From NCBI GenBank assembly GCA_026770705.1, contig JANJGN010000026.1, positions 24,428,001 through 24,492,000 on the forward strand: a stretch of DNA of 64,000 nucleotides. The letters are read 5' to 3'. The stretch's first letter is position 1. Every line of letters begins with the position of its first letter. Both the position numbers and the translations under genes were made by a program. The notes under the pieces are model-generated. The model saw only the letters and a program-made list of their open reading frames with translations. It made no database searches and had not been told where the DNA came from. This stretch comes from Isurus oxyrinchus. Taxonomy: Eukaryota. Positions 52,049 to 63,519 of this stretch are shown one piece after another.

Positions 52049-53934
52049 AGAACCCCTCTGACTGCCTCGTAATTAACTGATGAACTACGCCACGCAATTC
52101 ACGTTTTTAAACAAAAGCAAACGTTACTGTGTAAATATTTAAAGCAAGCAATGCTAATTTAAAACTGTAGTTTATAATTACTACACACACCCCAGCAAGA
52201 TTTCCGTTAAACATTTCAAGACTCTTGAAAATTCATTCACTTCTGAAGGGGTCATAGAAACATAGAAAAGTAACGTTGCAGAAGGAGGCCATTCAGCCTA
52301 TCGTGTCTGCGCTGGCCAAAAAGAGAAAAGAAGAAACCAGCCGCTCATTTTAATCCCACATTCCAGCCCCCGGCCTCGAGACCTGCAGGTTACAGAACTT
52401 CAGATGCAGATGGTCACCTTTTAAAAGAATTGAGCGTTTCAGCCTCAACCACCAACTTAGGCAGTGAATTCCACACTCTGGGTGAAAACGTATGCAACAA
52501 CCCTCCAGGATGCACGTTTTTTCTCCTCGGAGCTCCAGTTATTCTCCGAGGTTCCTGCAGAACTGTATTTAATATTCCTGTAATATATAACGGAATTCAT
52601 GGGGGGAAGTAAAACAGTGGAACTGAGTTTTTCGCATAAGGAGCTATTAGCTATAGTTGTTTGTTTATAAACCTGGACTCTTTTGGTATTATTCTGTCAA
52701 TTAATTTCAGGGTGATCGATATTATGGGGCTGCTTTGATCACCTTATTTGCTAAGCGACCCTACAACTTTTATTTAATACATCACTACTGTGGGTGCCTC
52801 GGTTCCTTGTTCTGATTGCCAGCAGATGCCCAACTGCCTTCTCACAGCTTGCGAACTATTTCTGCTGACTGCTTTCTGCCACAAGGCTCTGTGAGGATCA
52901 CTATTCCTTTACTTCTGTAATTACAAGCAAGGCAAATCTTCCAATTGCTTTTTCCCTCGCGAAACCCAAACCAAGGCTGAACGCATTGTACTCTCATTTC
53001 GCGTGGTGATAATACAAGTTGTATTTTCACTGTTTTAAGTATCGACCTAACAAACAATCATATCCTTTTGGCACTCTGAATCCAATGCGATGAAGTGTAC
53101 ACCAAACCAAAACCGCAACTGCCTTCTTCCTTGGGGATTTAAACATCAGGAGCACTCCTGATTCCTACTAGCCTTCTCTGCTCCCACAGCTTCTGTAAAG
53201 GGTCTGGTCACGCAGCTGATTCCCAGCTCTTGGCGGATGTTTTATCTCTGCCTGTCCCAAACTGACTGACTGCTGCCGGCTACAAGGTTAACTCCCTTCT
53301 GTCTGTTCTCAAATGGAACTGCCTGCTTTCTGAGCAAACACCCATTTAACGTAAACAAAATAAAATTCTACCCCAACAGCCCACCTCCATTAAATCATGG
53401 AATGCTTTTAGATGGAACAATTTATGTCTCTAATGGATATAATTGCCCTCTCTCCAGACTCCCTGGCACACTAGGAGATCCAAAGATGGGTCGCCTATTA
53501 AGTTATTTTTTTGCGATCTACTGTGAACTTAGAACATAAACACAGGATGCACTTTATGTGTGTTAAATTCAAGCGTGTTTGAGCTGCATTTAAATCAGTG
53601 TTGTTTTGTCAGTTTCTTAAGTAGATGCACCATTTTTCTACAATTAAATTTTAATCCCTAAAATGAGTAGTTATATTCTAAATCATATTAATTATGAGCT
53701 AGATATTCGCAGTAAAATGTCCCATCCAATCTGTTACATAATATTTCCTCATCCGTTCTTTGCCACCTCGAGAATCAGACAATACCAAAGCCTTTACTAA
53801 TTGTTCCACACCCAATTCTGGATTAAATATTTGTGAGTACAGAAAACATCTCCTGCAGTTACAGCCACGAACCCTGCTATCTGATCGCTGAGTCGTTCCC
53901 TCTGATTGTCCATCCTCTGAGGCTTGAGACCCTT

Positions 53935-54660
53935 TAAAATCTTGGTGTCTTGTTTGACCATGAAATTATCTTCCAAACGCCTCCCTCCCCATATCAATTA
54001 CAAGCACCAACACTGCATATTTTCACCTTTCTAATGTAACCAGTAATATTGCCCTTCTCCAACGCTTCCTTAGCTAAGGCACTGCTGAAAGCCTTGTATA
54101 TGCCCTTGTTACATCTAGGCCTCAGGCAATTGGAAATGTCCCCTGGACAGCGCCTCACTTTGCATCGTCTGCAAAGATAAGCTCAAACAAAACATTTGCT
54201 GATCATGCACTTACTCACACCAAGTCCAGCTCTTCCATCAGTCCTGTTCTCGCTGACCTACTCCCTTTGCTCCCGGTGCAGCAATGCCTCCATTGGAATA
54301 TTCTCATGTTGCTCTTCAAACCACTCCACAGCCTCGCCACTCCTAATCCCTGGATCTTTATGCAACACTACAGCCATCTGAGATTTCAGTGTACCTACAG
54401 TTCTGCCCTCTCATACTCCCTGATATTAATAGCTCCACCAATATATTACATCTTTAGCTGATGAGTATCCAATCTCTGAAATTCCTTTCCTCGAAGCTAC
54501 AACTGTTTCCTTCTTTATGATGCTCCGTATCTCTTTGATCATTAACTTACTTGCCTGCCCTAATATATGCATAGGTGCTTCGGTGTCAATGTGTTTGCAA
54601 AGCTTCTGTGAAGCAGCATCATACTTCAATGTTCGTAGAAAAAATTGCACAACTCCTCTT
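53935..54660 (+). mobile_element. Old L2-like LINE fragment
   Basis: ctgctgaaa.cct..t...tgcc.ttgttac.tctag pattern; similar relics at 47580-48040 and 49775-49950. Confidence 0.5.
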
Positions 54661-56851
54661 CCTCAGGTGGAAATGGGAGACGGGCAATGAACATTATTGA
54701 CCTTTCCAGTGACAGAGACAATCCCTGAATGAATAGAAAATATAATTAGCCAAAATAAAAGGCAAACGTACACAACGCAAAGTAAATAATAGATTCAAAT
54801 TCTTGCATCTCCACCCACCTATGTGAAGCGTTTCTTTAACTAATTCCTTTGAACACATTAACAACAGGACCTGCCCATTGGGAACTCACTGTACTGTAAC
54901 TGTTAAAATCCTTCCATTGATGGCAATGTAGATTCGTCTAATTGCTGAATATATTTAAGATCGCAATGCATCTAATATAATTATTGCAAAGAAAGTAAAG
55001 AATTTATTTGGGATCCATAACTTACCTGAGACACCAACAGCGGTGAGGATGGGATAGTAAATGGCATAGAAAGGGCCATTCGCTTGTCCGTGCATCGCCT
55101 TTCAGAAAGTGAGGGAACTCTCCAAGCTGCACAACTTAGCTCTGTGACATAATCAAAGTGTTCCTCATTTCTTTATTGTGACAGTCTCCACAGGGTCAAT
55201 TACATTACAACATGCACCTTAGTTACACTTTGTTGAACAAACAAATTATCTCACGGATTCATGCCCATCATTTGTAACACTGGCAACGTGGGTGATTCTA
55301 TCATCTTTGTGGGAAAAGTGCAGGTTGGAAATTCTGTGGTCACCCCTCACCCAAACCATGCATTGGCATCACCATGAAGCAGAAGCCATGATGGTAGATA
55401 CTGAGCTCAGGTCCTATCTCTAACGTAAAACCGTCTCTAACCACCTCTGTCATGTTCCTAATTATTTTGTGTTTTTTGGATTTCAGTTATTTCGTGTATT
55501 TGGCTTATTGGTAAGTGTTCCAGTATTTAATTCTTTAATTTTATTTAAATATTTATATTAATTTACAGTTTAGTCATTGGAAGTAACATTGGAAGAGCAT
55601 CTGAGTGGCAGACCATTGCATGCTAATCCTGCACCATGTGGGAACTGCAGTACGTTTCATGTGTCCTGCTAAACCACATGTCCAGAAACTTTCTCCAAAT
55701 GCTCAAATACAAACTCAGAGCTATTCATAAAGGGACAATTGGCACAAGTCCTGCTGTATTATAACCAGAAGCACGGTAATGAGAAGTAATAACTGAGACT
55801 TGGTTTAGAAGTAATAGTACCAAGTGCAGTGGCGCCAGAGCCATAGTCAATGCAATGTAGAAAAAATTTAGAAAGATAGAAGTAATAACTGAGAGAGAGA
55901 GAAAGCCCAATGGAACCAGAACAACGACAGTGGGTAGTGCAATGTTAAAATGGGCCTGGGCTGGTGCAGCAGCAATTAAGGCACAGCCTAATGTAATATA
56001 AACTCAGATATAGTCGAGTACAGTAATTGATGTAAGCCTAATCGAAATAATGAAAAATGAGTTTGGACTATTATAATTCAGAGACATGGATACATCTAGT
56101 AATTGCTGGGTCATGCCTTGGAGATAGAGAGCAACATGCAGCAGTAACAGAGCCAGTGTAAATGTAATGTAGTGCGGTAATAACAGAAACATAGCCCTGT
56201 CCCCATCACCCCTGTCAGTTTTCTGGAGCCTTTGACTGCACCCTGCTCACAAGGGTAATTTGGTCTGAGTGTTTTGCTGGTTCAGAGACAACTTATACAC
56301 AATGAGCAGATTCCATAAGATGGTGACTAATCTTTAAAAGAAGCAACAAGGGCAAAGTTACTCCAATGTCCATTGCCCTTCGGTGTGTCGCTCCAATATC
56401 TGTCCCTGCAGCTATAACCTCTGTAACCTAAAGGCCTAGAAAGCAATAGTTACTCATTAAGAACATATTTTACATGTAATCTGCAGAAGGGAAGGGTGAG
56501 GATAGCTTTATCGGGAAGATTGACTGTGTAAAGCATCCTTTAACGCACATTCTAAGATCAACTTCTCCCTTTCATTTGCTGTGTTCTGAAATGAAAACTG
56601 AAAACGGTCTGTGGATTTGGAAGTCTCGAGTTTGTCAAAGTCCCTTGCTAGCCCCAGTGGGGACTGGAGTCCCTGTCCAACTCTTCTGTTCTCATTCCCT
56701 AAGTTCGCCTACCTCTGTGTTTGACGAGGTGGATCCGGATGATTTTTCTTATTCAGGATCAATCTCTCCCCATATGTTGAGCAAACTGTCCGATTAAATG
56801 CAGTGCCTGACAAAGATGCGAAACACAGAGTTGGGCAACTTGTGAACTTAC

Positions 56852-56903
56852 CGGTTAACAGAGCTGCAGCTATGAGGAATAAGTACAAAGTAACAGGAGA
56901 CAC
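56852..56903 (-). other. Orphan signal-peptide-like exon (GTG start, phase-1 donor)
   Basis: aaacGTG-SPVTLYLFLIAAALLT-G|gtaagt, 17 codons plus 1 nt, the layout of Ig-superfamily leader exons. Confidence 0.55.
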
Positions 56904-56992
56904 GTTTGCAGAGAGCTCGCGGCGGATTTGATCAGAACGGGCTGAGGCTGAAATTGTTTTAGTCAGGAATTGGGAAGAGATCTCTTTCTCTG

Positions 56993-57091
56993 CTGATTGG
57001 TTAATTGCTGACGCGTCATCAGGTGACAGCCAATAAGTTTAAAACTCCTTTATTCTTTAATTCAACCAATCAGCTCACGTCTCCTTTGATC
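56993..57091 (-). promoter_or_regulatory. Promoter: three CCAAT boxes, CRE-like palindrome, E-box and TCF/LEF site
   Basis: CTGATTGG 56993, TGACGCGTCA 57009, CAGGTG 57020, CCAAT 57030, CCAATCAG 57066 and CCTTTGATC 57083; locally CpG-rich. Confidence 0.6.
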
Positions 57092-58189
57092 TCCAATTCA
57101 TGTTATCGGCGCGAGGAACATGGGGACATCGGAGCAGGAGCAGACCATTCAGGCCATCGGGACTGCTCTGCCATTCAATATGATCATGACTGATCATCCA
57201 CTTCAATGCCTTTTGCCCACACTATCCCCACATCCATTTATGTCATCAGTAATTATAAATCTGCCAATCTCTAAAAGTGAATTTGCTCACCTCGTCACAG
57301 ATAATTTGTAGGGATTAAGCAGAATGTTGGCCCTTTAACAGGTTCAATCTGTAAGGCAGAAATAGAGAAGAAAAACTGCTAATGTTGTTCTAGTATCAGA
57401 GCTGGAACCCCCAATTGAAGGAGCTGCTCTCTGAGTATGAGAACTCCCCGCAGCCGATATGGGCGGCCGGTGGAATTTGAATACGAACAATGCGGTAAAT
57501 AGAGATACGCCACACTTCACATGAATTATATAGCAGAGGGGAGGGGATTGCTATCTGATGGATTTGAGTAGAATGAGAGTGTGCTGACAGCTCACGGCTC
57601 AGTGATCTTGGGGTGAGTTGATCAGTAGAAATATTTTCAGCATTTTTATTTTAAAAATAATCCTGTTCGCAGTAATTTACCATTTAACCATCTGAACCAT
57701 TGGTTTCCACTGGAAATTTATGTCTGCATTTAAAATTATGTGATGAAAGGAACTCGTCAAGCCTCATTCGACAGCACCTTCCAAACCCTCAATCGCTTCC
57801 GCCTAGGGCAGCAGGCGCATGAGAACACCATAAACTGCAAGTTCCCCTTTAAACCCTACACACCATCCTGACTTGCCGTTCCTTTAGTGTCGCTGTGTTA
57901 AAATCCTGGAACCCATTTTACGAATTTTCTCTTGAGGATGTCGTGTAAGGAACAGAAAATTAGACTGATACGGAAGGGGAAATTAAAGAAAGTGAGAAAT
58001 GACGAGTGCCAAATGCAAAGCGAGAAAGACAGAAAGGAAGAGATTCCGAAATAAGCCAAAATTCATTTTCTTTTTAACTCACTCATATTTCCATTGCGCA
58101 TAGGTGAATTATTTGAAACACGTCTCTCAAAAAAAGGCCGCAGGAAACAGCCCAATTGATGAACTTATGCTTTACTGATGATTGGGACA

Positions 58190-61100
58190 GTGTAAAGTTC
58201 CCTGTGTCACCGCCAGTGGGCGCCGTTGCCACATGTGCCTCTCTGCTGGAGGCCATTCAAAAGGGGGGAGCAAAAAGACAAGTGGTAGTTGTAGGAGATT
58301 CTATAATTAAGGGAATTGATAGCATCCTTTGTAAGCAGCATCGAGAGTACGGCATGGTATTTTGCCTGCCCGGTGCCAGGGTGACGGACATCTCTGACTG
58401 GCTTGAAAGGATATTGGAGAGGGAGGGGGAGGATCCAGTTGTTGTGGTCCACGTCGGGACAAATGACATAGGTAAGGTTAGGAAAGAGGACTTGTTTGGG
58501 GATTATCAGGAACGAGGAACTAAATCAAAGAACAGGCCCTCAAGGGTTATAATCTCTGGATAACTACCCGAGCCATGTACAAATTGGCATAGGAACGCGG
58601 GAATAAGGGAAGTAAACACGTGGCTAAAGGAGTGGTGCGGGAAAGAGGGGTTCCATTTCGTGGGGCACTGGCATCAGTATTGGAACAGGAGGGATCTGTA
58701 CCGTTGGGATGGTCTCCACCTGAACCGATCTGGGACCAACGTTCTAGCGAAAAGGGTAAACAGGGTGGTCAACAGCACTGTAAACTAGAAAGTGCGGGGG
58801 TGAAGGAAGGGTAAAATTCCAAGAAGTATGACTAATGGGAAACAAAGCAGCAGGTTAGCATGTGGTGGGGTTAGATTCAACTTCATGGAAAATTATGAAA
58901 AAACTGAAAAGAAAGGAGAGCCCAGGAGAGGCTATTAAAGTCTCCAGAACACAAAATAGGACAGAGTGTTTGGAAAGGGCTAGGAATCTAACTTCAAGCA
59001 CATCAGATAAAGGGACGACAATGAGAAAGGGGATGGGAAATACAGGACTGAAGGTGTTGTATCTGAAAGCACGCAGTATAGGAAATAAGGTAAGTGGGCT
59101 TGTGGCGCAGATTGAAATTGGCAGGTATGGTGTGGTGGAGACATGGCTGCAAGGGGATCAGGACTGGGAGCTAAATATCCAAGGATATACATCCTATCGA
59201 AAAGATAGGCAGGTTGGCAGAGGGGGTGGGGTTCCTTTGTTAGTAAGAAATGAAATTAAATCGAAAGCAAGAATTGACGTAGGGTCAGATGATGTAGAAT
59301 CTGTGTATATAGATTTGAGGAACCGCAAAGGTAAAAAAACAATAATGGGAGTTATGTACAGGCCTCTGAACAGTAGTCAGAATGTGGGGCACAACATACA
59401 CCAGGAAATAGAAAAGTCGTGTAAGAAAGGCAAGATTACAGTGATCATGGGGGATTTCAATATGCAGGTAGACTGAGGAAATCAGGTTGGTAGTGGATCT
59501 CAAGAAAAGGAATTTATGGAATGTCTACGAGATGGCTTTTTGGAGCAGCTTGTGGTGGGGTCCACTAGGGAACAGGCAATTCTAGATTTACTGATGTGTA
59601 ATGAGGCAGATTTGATAAAGGAACTTAAGGTGAAGGAACCCTTAGGAGGAAGTGAACATAATATGATAGAATTTACCCTGCAATTTGAGAGGAAAAAGCT
59701 GGAATCTGATGTTATTACCATTGAATACAGGCAACTACGGAGGCATGAGGGAGGAATTGGCCAGAATTGACTGGGAGATGAGCCTAGCAGGAAAGACAGT
59801 GGAACAGCAGTGGCAGGAGTTTCTGGGAGTAATTTGGGAGACACAGCAAAAAATCATCCCTAGGAAGAAGAAGCATACTAAAGGGATGACGAGGCAACCA
59901 TGGCTGACAAGGGAAGTCAGGGACAGCATAAAAGCTAAAAAGAGAGCATACAATGTGGTGAAGAGCAGTGGGAAACCAAGGGATTGGGAAGCCTACAAAG
60001 ACCAACAGAGAACAACTAAAAAAGAAATAAGGAAGGAGAAGATTAAATATGAGGGTAAACTAGCCAGTAATATAAAAGAAGATTGCAAGAGTTTTTCTTT
60101 TAGATATATAAAGGGTAAGAGAGAGGCAAAAGTGGACATTGGGCCGCTGGAAAATGACAGTGGAGAAGTAGTAGTGGGGAACAAAAAAATGGCGGAGGAA
60201 CTGAATAGGTACTTTGCATCAGTCTTCATGGTGGAAGACACGAGTAACATTCTCAAAGTTCAAGAGAGTCGGGGGGCAGAGGTGAGTTTGGTGGCCATTA
60301 CCAAGGAGAAGGTGCTAGGAAACCTGAAAGGTCTGAAGGTGGATAAATCACCTGGGCCAAATGGATTACACCCCAGAGTTCTGAAGGAGATCGCTGAAGA
60401 GATAGTGTAGGCGTTAGTGGTGATCTTTCAGGAATCATTGGAGTCAGGGAGGGCCCCAGAGGACTGGAAAATCGCTAATGTAACCCCCCTGTTTAAAAAG
60501 GGAGTGAGTTAAAAGATGGGAAATTACAGGCTGATTAGCCTGACCTCAGTCGTTGGTAAGATTTTAGAGTCCATTATTAACGATGAAATTTCAGAATACT
60601 TGGAAGTGCATGATATAATAGGGCAAAGTCAGCATGGTTTCTTCAAGGGGAGGTCATGCCTGACAAATCTGTTAGAATTCTTTGAGGAGGTAACGAGCAG
60701 GTTAGACAAAGGAGAGCCAATGGATGTTAGCTACTTGGCCTTCCAGAAGGCCTTTGATAAGGTGCCGCACAGGAGGCTGCTCAGTAAGATAAGAGCCCAT
60801 GGTGTTAGAGGCAAGGTACTAGCATGGATAGAAGATTGGCTGCCTGGCAGGAGGCAGAGAGTGGGGATAAGGGGGTTAACCTCAGGATGGCAGCCAGTAA
60901 CTATTGGAGTTCTGCAGGGGTCAGTGCTGGGACCACAACTTTTCACTTTATACATTACTGATCTAGATGAAGGAACTGAGGGCATCCTGGATAAGTTTGC
61001 AGATGATACAAAGATAGGTGGAGGGACAGGTAGTATTGAGGAGGCGGGGAGGTTGCAGAAGGATTTAGACAGGTCAGGAGAATGGGCAAAGAAGTGGTAG

Positions 61101-61930
61101 ATGGAATACCACGTGGGGAACTGTGAGGTCATGCACTTTGTTAGGAAGAATAGAGGCATAGACTATTTTCTAAATGGGGAGAGAATTCAAAAATCTGGAG
61201 TGCAAAGGGACTTGGGAGTCCTAGTCCAGGATTCTCTTAAGGTTAACTTGCAGGTTGAGTGGTAGTTAGGAAGGCAAATGCACCGTTGGCATTTATTCCG
61301 AGAGAACTAGAATATAAAAGCAGGGATGTGCTGCTGAAGCTTTATAAGGCTCTGGTCAGACCACATTTAGAATATTGTGAACAATTTTGGGCCTGGTATC
61401 TTAGGAAGGATGTTCTGGCCCTGGAGAGGGTCCAGAGAAGATTCATGAGAATGATCCCAGGAATGAAAGGCTTAACATATGAGGAACATTTGAGGATTCT
61501 GGGTCTATACTCGATGGAGTTCAGAAGGATGAGGGGGTATCTGATTGAAACTTACAGAATACTGAAAGGTCTGGATAGAGTGGACGTGGGGAAGATGTTT
61601 CTATTAGTAGGAGAGACTAAGACCCGAGGGAACAGCCTCAGAGTAAAGGGAAGACCTTTTAGAAAAGAGATGAGGAGAAACTTCTTTAGCCAGAGTGGTG
61701 AATCTATGGAATTCATACCACAGAAGGCTGTGGAGGCCTGGTCATTGAATGTATTTAAGACCGAGATAGATACGTTCTTGATTGGTAAGAGGATCAAAGG
61801 TTACAGGGAGAAGGCAGGAGAATGGGGTTAAAAATCTTATCAGCCATGATTGAATGGCAGAGCAGACTCGATGGGCCAAATGGCCTAATTTCTGCTGCTA
61901 TGTCTTATGGTCTTCTGGTCTTATGGTTCC
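58190..61930 (+). mobile_element. Near full-length CR1 LINE: ORF1 SGNH esterase + ORF2 APE-RT, disrupted
   Basis: ORF1: VVVGDS, CLPGA, HVGTND, DGLHLN. ORF2: ETW, GDFN, SEH, KAFDKV, FADDTK. Tail cttatggtcttctggtcttatgg. Confidence 0.95.
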
Positions 61931-62284
61931 GAACTGGAAATGATGGGAACAAGCTTTGTGGCACCAAGGCTCGCAGGCTCATTCATTGATCTCGCTCTGA
62001 TCCGCCTTACCTGCCTGATATTACTGCAGGAATTTCTGCTGATGTTCCCTGTTCGGAATTGGTTGCAGCAGCAGAGCAGTCGGGTGGGGATCTTCATTTC
62101 TGCTCCAGTAGAAGATTCCCCGAACTGAAGAGTTACAGATTGGCAGAGAATGAAGCAGAACCATAGGTCACCGATCCTCATCATTAAACCATTCTCAATT
62201 GGCATTTCTTCCCAATTAAAAAAAAGCTGTTTTCCTGACTGCTGTAACTCAGATCTTATGTTGGTGAATTAATAACTTTTTAAA

Positions 62285-62645
62285 ATTCGTTATTGGGCAT
62301 TCGTGGCAAGGCCAGCATTTGTTGCCCATCCTAATTCCCTTGATCTGAGTGGCTTGCTAGGTCAGTGCTGAGGAAAGTTAGGAATCAACGAGGTTGCCGT
62401 GGGTCTGCAGCCACATAGAGGCCAGACCAAATTTCTTTCCAGAGAGTAAATCGGTGAACCAGATAAATCCCGCAATGGCAGTTTTGCACAACCATTGCTG
62501 AAGCTAGATTTCAATCCTTGATTATAATTAATTGAAATTTAACCAGCTACCATGGTTTGAACCGATTTGAACCAATTTCCCCGGAGAATTAACCTGGGTC
62601 TCCGAACAATTGCCCATTGACAGTATCACTAGGCTACCATCTCTC
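62285..62645 (-). mobile_element. Decayed family A SINE
   Basis: ggccagcatttgttgcccatcc, ggtgaaccagat. Confidence 0.65.
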
Positions 62646-62703
62646 TATACTGATGATGTTGAAGAAGCAGATGTTTTTGATGTTGACTGTTATTTTATTT
62701 TAG

Positions 62704-63007
62704 AATGGAGCCACAAGCACAAAGTGCAACTGGCTGTTCCCTAAGAGATGTTTGAAGAAGAAAGCAATGTCATACTTTTCTGTACCTTGAATATAAGATA
62801 TCCTAACCTTACTGTGTTCTTAAATAGTCAGTATTCAGGGCACCATCCATGAAACATGGCTTATATTATCGTAGGGACAATGAACAGGAAACTGGACTTC
62901 ACTGGCCGATTTTCCTCTACCTTTAATAAAACAATCAAGATTGTGAAGATTTTGGATAGCATTGTCCTGACCTCCGACAATGCCATATATTTCTGTGCCT
63001 TGTGCCC
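62704..63007 (+). pseudogene. T-cell receptor V segment pseudogene (alpha/delta type)
   Basis: After acceptor tattttattttag, phase 1: WSHKHKVQLAVP*EMFEEESNVILFCTLNIRYPNLTVFLNSQYSGHHP*NMAYIIVGTMNRKLDFTGRFSSTFNKTIKIVKILDSIVLTSDNAIYFCALC. Both Cys, GRFS and D-x-A-x-Y-x-C-A-L are kept; FR2 WYRQ has decayed to LNSQ; two stops. Confidence 0.8.
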
Positions 63008-63046
63008 CACGCGGCTAAAGTTATAAAGTGAATCCTGGATAAAAGC
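63008..63046 (+). other. Degenerate 23-bp-spacer recombination signal sequence
   Basis: CACGCGG + ctaaagttataaagtgaatcctg (23 nt) + GATAAAAGC immediately after the V end. Confidence 0.6.
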
Positions 63047-63519
63047 ATACACTGTCAGTTCTTGTCAGCTCCCACCAGAGGCCTTTCTTACTCCCATAAA
63101 CAGAGCAATAATTCATTCTCAATGCTGAATTTCAGGAGAGATTCTTTAATCGGCAAACTGAATGTACAAACTCAACAAGAACTTGCGAATTCCACGTGCA
63201 GAATTGTATTTGTTTGATGTTTCAACTTGTATTTATATGAAAAAATATCAAATGCAGCTGTGCAACCTTAATGGACCTTTAGTCCTTCAACGTGATTTCC
63301 ATGTCTGTCCCGTCTCATCGACTACCTCCATTTTTCTTTGACAATTTACTTACTTCAGTCTTTAGTTTAATGATGTAAACTTTTGTTTCTGCGATGCATA
63401 TTAATTCAGTGCTGCACCAGCAAAGATTCACAGAAACAGGAACTGCCAGGTCAGTTGAATTAATAAAGCGAAATGCCTCAAATCCTGTACTGAAATATCA
63501 GAAGGCAAGAACAGAAGAG

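Larger units (their letters stand above)
50590..55095 (-). pseudogene. GPR139/GPR142-like GPCR pseudogene, copy 2; exons 55095-55026 and 51470-50590
   Basis: Exon 1 MHGQANGPFYAIYYPILTAVGVS-G|gtaag. Exon 2 follows tctcttgcag: ASFLAIIILSRGQCGLSRRITYYL*...DGSVWLTVAFTIDRFVAICC...LVCA*...SCTNIFIYAVTQAKFREEL. Two premature stops and two frameshifting deletions. Confidence 0.9.

Noticed and set aside
51533-53738. Possible long solo LTR (tgttacga...tgttaca) carrying the ATP5F1E copy
   Set aside because: No TSD found for the LTR, and the retrocopy has its own TSD, so capture by an LTR element is unsupported.
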